The notes under the pieces: model-generated
The model's database searches: none
The model's input: the letters and a program-made list of their open reading frames with translations, nothing else
Told to the model about the DNA's origin: nothing
Shown here: one piece after another, positions 29,061 to 36,118 of the stretch
How positions within the stretch are numbered: the first letter of the stretch is position 1
Layout: each line of letters starts with the position of its first letter
Translations under genes and position numbers: made by a program
Virus record (IMG/VR): IMGVR_UViG_3300012665_001179
Reading direction: 5' to 3' (one strand)
DNA from: an uncultured virus (IMG/VR IMGVR_UViG_3300012665_001179)
Taxonomy: Duplodnaviria > Heunggongvirae > Uroviricota > Caudoviricetes
Length of the DNA: 64,000 bases

Positions 29061-30128
29061 TCAATACCAAACTATATTATCTTCTAATTTCTTAGCAGGA
29101 CTTATACACTCATTTATTTTTGATATTTTCATTAAAGTATGTATTCCTCGTTCCGCACAATCAGGCACCAATTGGCAATTTCGACAAGCATCATTATTTG
29201 ATGCCCAATCTAATTGTTCTAAGAATCCCGAAAGATATGTATTATATAATCCATTAAATGTCCATGAGTCTTTAACTTCAAAAGCTTCATCAAAAGATGC
29301 TAGACCTTCTAATAAAAAAGGAGTCATATAAAGCTTTCCAGATTTGTAAAAAATGTCCCAATCTTTACCTTCATGTGGCAACAACTCTGCAATTTCTATA
29401 TCTTTACCGTATTTTTTACGAGCTCTAGTAATATACTCTTTGAGTGTCATAACGGCATCATAAAAATTTTTTCTATTTTTTTCTTGACTTAAATCGGTTC
29501 TGGTATGAGGTAATATTATATCTGCCGTTAATCCTTCTAATATAGAAGACTTATAAGTTTTTAATATAAGTTCTTCAGTGATGTTAGTATTATTTTCTTT
29601 GTCATATATGGAACTTGTTTCATAATTAATTAACAGATAAGTTTTAGTATGTTTAACATTAGGCATATTTTTAAGTGTTAATTCTATACGTCTTCGTATT
29701 CTATTCACATATTCTTCATTATCAATATGATATGCCTCGAATGGTACAACAAACTTTACCAATCCACCATACAACAACCAATTTAATTGTTGTCCTAGTT
29801 TAATGTAATTTTCATTGAAAGGATCTAAAAAAGCACAATTAATTGATGTTTTTAAAAACTTCTTTGATAAATTTTTAATCTTAGAACTAGTTAATACCAA
29901 ATCTCTATTAACACTAGTCATGATATCTGTCGGTCCTATTTGCAAATTCATAGGACGAAATTCTGATTTTGCTAAATCATCAACCAAATAAAAAATTCTA
30001 TCAAACTCATCATCAGAAGGCCAACTATTGCCATCTTTATCAATAGAACAACCGGTGCAATTATAGTTGCATCCGTTTGTGACTTCAAGTGTGAAGTCTA
30101 TCAATTTTTTAATATTATCTTCTTTCAT
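29061..30128 (-). CDS. Divergent radical SAM-like protein
   Basis: LEVTNGCNYNCTGC; no GGE motif (IGPTDI instead); C-terminal CRNCQLVPDCAERG...EC. Confidence 0.8.
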   Translation of the reverse strand: MKEDNIKKLIDFTLEVTNGCNYNCTGCSIDKDGNSWPSDDEFDRIFYLVDDLAKSEFRPMNLQIGPTDIMTSVNRDLVLTSSKIKNLSKKFLKTSINCAFLDPFNENYIKLGQQLNWLLYGGLVKFVVPFEAYHIDNEEYVNRIRRRIELTLKNMPNVKHTKTYLLINYETSSIYDKENNTNITEELILKTYKSSILEGLTADIILPHTRTDLSQEKNRKNFYDAVMTLKEYITRARKKYGKDIEIAELLPHEGKDWDIFYKSGKLYMTPFLLEGLASFDEAFEVKDSWTFNGLYNTYLSGFLEQLDWASNNDACRNCQLVPDCAERGIHTLMKISKINECISPAKKLEDNIVWY

Positions 30129-30718
30129 ACTATTAAAGGCTTCTTTGATTCACCGTCAATTACACTCCAACCAAACACAAGACTTGTTCTAGGAATATCT
30201 CCAAAGTAAGGTTTAACTCTATGTGTTGTGAAACCTGGAAAAACTATTAATCTATTTTGTTTAGGTAAAATATTTATGGCATTATCTGGATAATCTGCAA
30301 ACGTTAAATGCTTGTATAAAGTAAGTTCTCCTCCAACCCAATGATCGTCTCGGTAACTACTATCAATATAATATATGGCTGTAATATAACCACCTTCAGC
30401 TATGTCATGGTGAGGTTCGTATAGATGATTACCTACCATACTCTGATCGTATTTGTGTAGGTACCCCTTCTGAAGATCATTATTTTTTAGATTATTATAA
30501 TTTATATTATTTTCCAAACAATACATCCTTACCACGAGTGAAATTGATTTGAACAATTCGGATTGTGAAGATGTCATATTATTAATGTCTTGACCTTCAA
30601 TAGTTTTTGCAATTGAAGATTCAAATTTTAAATTTTCATATAATAAACTATCAGTAACAAAATTATCAATTACTTGTATCTGTGTAGTCCAGAGATTAAA
30701 TGTTTGATGGTTATTCAT
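30125..30718 (-). CDS. 2OG-Fe(II) oxygenase (prolyl-4-hydroxylase-like)
   Basis: PHHD (HxD), ITAIYYI, GGELTL, PKQNRLIVFPGFTTHRV and RTS. ATG at 30718 (ATGA overlap with the upstream stop) preferred over TTG at 30736. Confidence 0.9.
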   Translation of the reverse strand: MNNHQTFNLWTTQIQVIDNFVTDSLLYENLKFESSIAKTIEGQDINNMTSSQSELFKSISLVVRMYCLENNINYNNLKNNDLQKGYLHKYDQSMVGNHLYEPHHDIAEGGYITAIYYIDSSYRDDHWVGGELTLYKHLTFADYPDNAINILPKQNRLIVFPGFTTHRVKPYFGDIPRTSLVFGWSVIDGESKKPLIV

Positions 30719-31251
30719 TGTGGGTTTCTTATCCAAAAATCTCCATCTCTTTGAAATTTAAGATGTTTCATAGTCTGTCGATGATATGGTTCATGAGTAA
30801 TTCTTCTTTGATTCATTACAAGATGCAAACATTCGAGATGTGAGCCTGATGGGCAAATAATTTTTTTATCACCAAACATAGAGATTATATCATGCCACAT
30901 TTTACGAATAAAGGCTCTATTCTCAATAGAACTTTTACGATTCATATAACCAGCAGTTTTTACACAACTAATAATAATTTCATCATCATAAATGTGTATT
31001 AGTGCAACACCCTTTTCGATCTTTTCTTTGTCAGTGCAATGTACCCATTGAACATCATATTTACTTCTTTGGCAATCATCATATAAATCTGGATCTTTTT
31101 CTTTATCACTAAACCAGATAAAAACGTGAGCTCTTCTCGAACAAATTCTTGGAACTACTGGGTATATTATTCTTAGATAGTCTAATTGTAATTCTACATC
31201 AGACGGATATGGTGGTGAAGTAAGAATTGCTTCTTCTTCATAATCGTACAT
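30715..31251 (-). CDS. Hypothetical protein in the radical SAM/oxygenase cluster
   Basis: Frame is open to 31335, but ATG at 31251 (MYDYEEE) gives a short overlap with the upstream radical SAM stop; no family recognised. Confidence 0.65.
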   Translation of the reverse strand: MYDYEEEAILTSPPYPSDVELQLDYLRIIYPVVPRICSRRAHVFIWFSDKEKDPDLYDDCQRSKYDVQWVHCTDKEKIEKGVALIHIYDDEIIISCVKTAGYMNRKSSIENRAFIRKMWHDIISMFGDKKIICPSGSHLECLHLVMNQRRITHEPYHRQTMKHLKFQRDGDFWIRNPQ

Positions 31252-32263
31252 TGTCGATATATCTGTACGTAATTTTGTAGATACACTCATCAAGTTCTTC
31301 TCTGAATTTATAATCATGTTGCATAAAACAACCAAAGGTACATCTATCTAGGTACTCACAAGAAACACAATCATATTTTTCTAAAAATTTATCTTCTATT
31401 TCTGAATTATCCATCTTTTGTATTTTAGATGAATAGAATTTTATAACCTTTTCATCTTGAACTAAATTACCACAATTACACATAGTTCCATCAGCAAGAA
31501 CTAGTTTACTGGTTCTACAAGATGCGTAATTAGTTTTGTTATGAATCCAATCTTTGATGGGATGAACGTTCGGATAATTATCAATTAGATGTTTGAAAAC
31601 ATCTACTAACTGTTGATCTGTAGGAGCTTGAACTTCAGCAGATTCATCAGGCATGTAATAATCAAAATATATGTAATATCCTTCATTGTATAATTTTTTG
31701 AAATAAGGATCTTTATCTTTAAGTATGTAATCGATATTAGGAGAATTTAGTAACATACTAATACAAGAAATACGTTTACCAAAATATTCCATATTCTCCT
31801 TAAAGATTAAGAAGTCATTGATATTGAATCTACCACGAGGATCATAAGATGTTACGAGATTAGATTCAACATTAACAGTTTCAGAAAAAGATAATAATGA
31901 TTCTATGAGATCAATCTTATCGGTAACTAAATTAGTAACCCAATTTAGTTTTACTTTTTTATTATATTTTTTACTTAGATTTTTTATACCTACAATTAAT
32001 CCTTTATAGGCTGTAAGTAATGATGAATTAAATATTTTTGATGCAAAAATCTCGCCACCCATGATATTAAAAATTACAGAATGGCGAGTTTCTGATTGTA
32101 AGAATTTTTCAATAGGAACTAATTTTTCAATTACAGTATCAATTCCAATTTCATTTTCATGATCTTGCCAACAAAAAGAACATCTTAAATTACAATATTC
32201 GAAAAGATGTATTGTATATTCTTGCTCAGCATCACGTTTACGTTCAATAATAAAATCACGCAT
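31238..32263 (-). CDS. Radical SAM/SPASM protein
   Basis: CNLRCSFC, MGGEIF, SCR...MCNCG and CVSCEYLDRCTFGC...EC. Confidence 0.94.
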   Translation of the reverse strand: MRDFIIERKRDAEQEYTIHLFEYCNLRCSFCWQDHENEIGIDTVIEKLVPIEKFLQSETRHSVIFNIMGGEIFASKIFNSSLLTAYKGLIVGIKNLSKKYNKKVKLNWVTNLVTDKIDLIESLLSFSETVNVESNLVTSYDPRGRFNINDFLIFKENMEYFGKRISCISMLLNSPNIDYILKDKDPYFKKLYNEGYYIYFDYYMPDESAEVQAPTDQQLVDVFKHLIDNYPNVHPIKDWIHNKTNYASCRTSKLVLADGTMCNCGNLVQDEKVIKFYSSKIQKMDNSEIEDKFLEKYDCVSCEYLDRCTFGCFMQHDYKFREELDECIYKITYRYIDNVRL

Positions 32264-32265
32264 TT

Positions 32266-33360
32266 TTACAACAATCTATATTTCGATATATCTTTATTAT
32301 TGTATTTTTGGCCTAAAAAGTATTGCACTAAAGGATAATTAACGTTTAGAAAATCAATACGAGGAACTAAAGAAGTATCGAAAGGATTCTCAACAATATA
32401 TTTTATTATATCATCCAATTCTAAATCTGTAATAGATTCACGGCAAGTAATAGTAACAAATTTATTAAAACCAAAAACACTTCTATTAATTTGCATTCCT
32501 TCAAACTTTTCAAAAATGTTATATAATGTGTTCATCAATTTTATAACTTTTTCATCACTTAGTCCTTCTAAGCTACATTTACCATAAGACTTCTGTGATC
32601 TTTCCCAAATCTCATTATCGGAATAGGATTCTAATTGTTCAATAGTCTCTAAAGGATCTAAACGAGTTATGTCTACCAATTTAGGATCAATATCAAATGT
32701 GCTTAAAAATTTATGATTAGTAATATTCAATAAAACCATTTGCCGGTTATCTTCAAACATTTCTACAAACCAACGGCGTAAAAACATATGTAATGTTTTT
32801 TTCAGTTCTTCTTTATAAGAATTATCGCCAGACAAATAAGTTGATAGTAGAAATTCATACGTATGCTTTAAATTTAAAGATTTTAATGAAGTTCTATTTA
32901 CAGATTGTGCGTTTTCCCATTCAGTTTTAATATCACCTATATCGTCCCACAAAAAATTCAAATCAATACTAAACAATGGAACTAATTGTGAATTTGAAAT
33001 GATTCTTTGGTTGTAAATCGTATAGTCAACGATAGTTTTAAAACCAGCATAATCTAAATTAGGTAGTGTTGTTTTAAACCAACAAGCCATAAACTTTTTA
33101 TATGATATAGTATCACAAAAAATTATTATTTTTTTACCAGATTCATCACTAAATTCTTTTATTGTTTTTATAAATCCTAAGAAGTCATCACCTATAACAT
33201 CTTCGAAAGTTTTGCCATATAAAATTAATTTTCCCAATACGGCTTTTTGTAAAACTTCATACATCTCGTAACCGTGTTTTTCTGAAATAACAACACGGTC
33301 TAGATGATTTTCTATTCTATCATCAAATTCTAAGTAAACTTTATTAAACAGATGTAACAT
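32266..33360 (-). CDS. Hypothetical protein in the radical SAM cluster
   Basis: 364-aa ORF coupled to both neighbours; no clear family. Confidence 0.75.
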   Translation of the reverse strand: MLHLFNKVYLEFDDRIENHLDRVVISEKHGYEMYEVLQKAVLGKLILYGKTFEDVIGDDFLGFIKTIKEFSDESGKKIIIFCDTISYKKFMACWFKTTLPNLDYAGFKTIVDYTIYNQRIISNSQLVPLFSIDLNFLWDDIGDIKTEWENAQSVNRTSLKSLNLKHTYEFLLSTYLSGDNSYKEELKKTLHMFLRRWFVEMFEDNRQMVLLNITNHKFLSTFDIDPKLVDITRLDPLETIEQLESYSDNEIWERSQKSYGKCSLEGLSDEKVIKLMNTLYNIFEKFEGMQINRSVFGFNKFVTITCRESITDLELDDIIKYIVENPFDTSLVPRIDFLNVNYPLVQYFLGQKYNNKDISKYRLL

Positions 33361-34060
33361 TTTCCAATTCCTCTATTGTTTTTTGTTTGTGTAAATTGTA
33401 GGAATTTCCTTCTATCAAGCCTTCAGCAATACCATAAGTTAGTAAAAATAGCGGGTTATTCTCATTAGCCCAATAGGCATACATATTTTTACCTTTAAAC
33501 ATGTAATCATTAAAATAATGAGTATAAAATTTTAATGAATTTTTATCGGTATTATTATAAAAAGAATAAAAATTTTCATGCTTCAATAAACTGATAAAAT
33601 TAACTCCAGTTAATTCTGAAGAATTATCAGTTTCAAAAGATGAAACAAATTCCTTAAACATATCGTTTTCGATGATATGCATATTATAAAGTGATAAACT
33701 TTCTAATTTCAAAATCCATTTGTTTAAGATGTCTTTATTTTGTTCAATAAATTCATTATCTTGTAAAGGCACTAGTTGTTTTACTTGATGTAAAATATTA
33801 ATGACTGCTGATTCTAATGTATTAATATTGACAATCATTGTAGATTGTAGATAATCTTTAATCATATCATAACATTCGTCACTAGAACATCCAGTAAAGT
33901 CTATATCCGAAGGTATATCCAGATTTGAAAGATATGTTAAAAGTTTTGTTCCTTTTAAAGAACTATCTTTATATTTAATTACAAAAAAGGTTGACTTGTC
34001 ACTAAAATATTTTTTTAGATTATCAAGTGTTATGGGTGCAATAGTTTCAACAATATTCAT
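33344..34060 (-). CDS. Hypothetical protein in the radical SAM cluster
   Basis: 238-aa ORF whose ATG overlaps the stop of the 181-aa gene (TAATG). Confidence 0.75.
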   Translation of the reverse strand: MNIVETIAPITLDNLKKYFSDKSTFFVIKYKDSSLKGTKLLTYLSNLDIPSDIDFTGCSSDECYDMIKDYLQSTMIVNINTLESAVINILHQVKQLVPLQDNEFIEQNKDILNKWILKLESLSLYNMHIIENDMFKEFVSSFETDNSSELTGVNFISLLKHENFYSFYNNTDKNSLKFYTHYFNDYMFKGKNMYAYWANENNPLFLLTYGIAEGLIEGNSYNLHKQKTIEELENVTSV

Positions 34061-34605
34061 TATCTTCTTCCTCTAGCTCCGTGACATGATGAATGGCAAG
34101 ATGTGTGACAAACAGTAATTGTGATCGTAGTTGTAGCTGCTCTTGCAGTATTATACGATGATCTCAAATTATCAAAAAGTGATTCTAAACCACTGCTAGT
34201 TATTGTCGATCCTGAAGATACACCACCATTTGCTGGTGAACCAATACTTTGACCATACATTCCATAACTAAGATAAGCAACAGCTGTTTGATCGAATTGT
34301 GTACCTGAACCTGTCAACTCCAAAATAGCTCTTAACCTTCTAATAGAGGTATATCGTGCAGTTTCATTGACAAGAGTGCTGTAAATGGTTGAAGCTGTGA
34401 TTGTTCCGCCAACCGGAGAAATAGTGCCGCCTGTTACACCAATAGGTCTGCCTGCGGTTGTTCCTCCGAGATAACCCGCATCAAATTGGGAAAAAGGAAG
34501 AGCATTAGTTCCCCATGAAATTCCCGCACTGGCTGTGGCTGTCACGTAATCAGCAAATCTATCAACGATATTTTGAGGGTTAATATTATTAGTTAAGGTT
34601 GCCAT
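34060..34605 (-). CDS. Structural-like protein with C-terminal CHTSCHSSCHGARGRR tail; candidate substrate/precursor of the cluster
   Basis: 181 aa, Thr/Gly/Ser/Ala-rich, no Lys; all three Cys and all three His are in the last 16 residues (motif at 34081-34110). The ORF is clear; the substrate role is inference. Confidence 0.7.
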   Translation of the reverse strand: MATLTNNINPQNIVDRFADYVTATASAGISWGTNALPFSQFDAGYLGGTTAGRPIGVTGGTISPVGGTITASTIYSTLVNETARYTSIRRLRAILELTGSGTQFDQTAVAYLSYGMYGQSIGSPANGGVSSGSTITSSGLESLFDNLRSSYNTARAATTTITITVCHTSCHSSCHGARGRR

Positions 34606-35647
34606 TTTTTAATATCCAAACTTTATTTTTTTGTTTATTTTTTAAAAATCTCATCAAACTTTTTGGAGCTCCACATACATCATTTTGCCATTCTAGTTGA
34701 TGGCAGTCTCCACCACAATATTCAAACACATCACATGAAAAGCATCTAGGATCTCTACTACGTTCACATGATATATTTTCTATTCTTCTTTCACTATTTA
34801 TAACATCTTCCAGATTATCATTTATATGTCCAAATTGAAATTCTGGAGCAGAATTTGGACATCCTGATAATGTACCGTCAGCATTTACAGTGAATATTTT
34901 TTCTTCACAATCTCTACAGAAAGTTCCGCCTTTTAAAAAACCAGTATCAAATTTAGAGTAAATAATTTCTAAAAAATCATTGTCAAACCAATTCCTAGCA
35001 CCATATTTTTCAGACTGTTCATGTAGTTTTAGAAACCATTTATCTTGATCGACATTACTCGGAAATATTTCAGGGAATTTTTTAGCATTACCATTCTGAG
35101 TTAATCTTTCAAACGAAACTTCTTGTACACCCAATCTACGAATCCAACGTAATAATACTATAGGTTCTATGTCTAAAGTATCTTGTGTCACACTTATAAA
35201 AAGTTTTATGGTTACACCACGACTCAATAAACTTTTAACATTACTATGCCAAAGTTTATATTGTTTATTATTGGCAAATCTAATTTTAGGATCCCAAGAA
35301 GTTCCTATTCTATTATCAAAAGCTTCTTCTATGAAATCATAATGTTCTTGATCCAACTTAAATACTAAATTCGTTGTTGCTCCCCAAGTCATGGCAGGCC
35401 ACAAGTCTTTACAATTTTCCCATACATGGCGCATTTCATGAACAGGAACTAAAAACGGTTCACCACCGTGAAATTCGCAATGTATAGAATCGGAACTGTC
35501 GGGATAATATGTTCTAAAACGTTTAATCCAATCAGCAACTTTTATAGCATTCCAAAAAATTTTAGGACCATTAGTACCATTGGTGAAACAATGCTTACAA
35601 TTTAAATTGCAAGTTTCGGTAGTTTTTAAATAAAACATCCAATTCAT
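34589..35647 (-). CDS. Radical SAM/SPASM protein, most canonical of the five; candidate peptide/protein maturase
   Basis: YLKTTETCNLNCKHC, FHGGEPF, CRDC...GCP and CFSCDVFEYCGGDC...VC (CxxCx5CxxxC-xn-C). Confidence 0.95.
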   Translation of the reverse strand: MNWMFYLKTTETCNLNCKHCFTNGTNGPKIFWNAIKVADWIKRFRTYYPDSSDSIHCEFHGGEPFLVPVHEMRHVWENCKDLWPAMTWGATTNLVFKLDQEHYDFIEEAFDNRIGTSWDPKIRFANNKQYKLWHSNVKSLLSRGVTIKLFISVTQDTLDIEPIVLLRWIRRLGVQEVSFERLTQNGNAKKFPEIFPSNVDQDKWFLKLHEQSEKYGARNWFDNDFLEIIYSKFDTGFLKGGTFCRDCEEKIFTVNADGTLSGCPNSAPEFQFGHINDNLEDVINSERRIENISCERSRDPRCFSCDVFEYCGGDCHQLEWQNDVCGAPKSLMRFLKNKQKNKVWILKNGNLN

Positions 35648-36117
35648 AATTTATCTACTAAAAATTTTTCAAGACCGAAACTTAATATTAAAGATTCTTT
35701 ATAATTTGTGGCTTTATGTGGAGTATTAGAAGGTATGAATACACTTTCACCAGAAAGATACGTATTAATTTCATCTAATATCTGTAATGTTTTTTCACCC
35801 CAAATGACATGTATATAAACATCGTCCGGATCTACATGAGTTCCAAAACTTGCAGAATTTTCATAAGCTCTGAAAGCATGACAAGTCACAGCACCATTAT
35901 GTTTATATACATATTGCAATTCACAACATGTGTCATATATTTGTGCATTATATTTTTCCATACCCTCAACTTTTACGGTTTTACCGTAGTTGGAATGAAG
36001 TTGACCTAGATCATCAATATAAATTTGTCGACCTAGGTCATCCAGTATAGAAATTAACTTTTGTTCATATACCAAATCATGTTGTATAAAATTCTCAAAC
36101 TCATCAATAGTTATCAT
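35644..36117 (-). CDS. Small JmjC/cupin-type oxygenase
   Basis: SFGTHVDPDDVYIHVIWGEKT...GESVFIPSNTPHKA gives an HxD...H triad resembling YcfD/ROX-type JmjC enzymes. Confidence 0.8.
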   Translation of the reverse strand: MITIDEFENFIQHDLVYEQKLISILDDLGRQIYIDDLGQLHSNYGKTVKVEGMEKYNAQIYDTCCELQYVYKHNGAVTCHAFRAYENSASFGTHVDPDDVYIHVIWGEKTLQILDEINTYLSGESVFIPSNTPHKATNYKESLILSFGLEKFLVDKL

Positions 36118-36118
36118 A

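Noticed and set aside
34081..34110. CHTSCHSSCH as a heme c attachment or radical SAM cluster motif
   Set aside because: Spacing is CxxxCH, not the canonical CxxCH, and CxxxCxxxC, not CxxxCxxC; there is no signal peptide or cytochrome c maturation gene. Non-canonical metal binding remains possible.
27120..35647. Radical SAM genes as a DNA-modification (QueE/7-deazaguanine), NrdG activase or cofactor pathway
   Set aside because: No QueC, QueD, FolE, DpdA, NrdD or cofactor genes are recognisable in the window; the proteins have SPASM-like Cys tails and lie in a late structural operon. Disfavoured rather than excluded, as partners could lie elsewhere in the genome.
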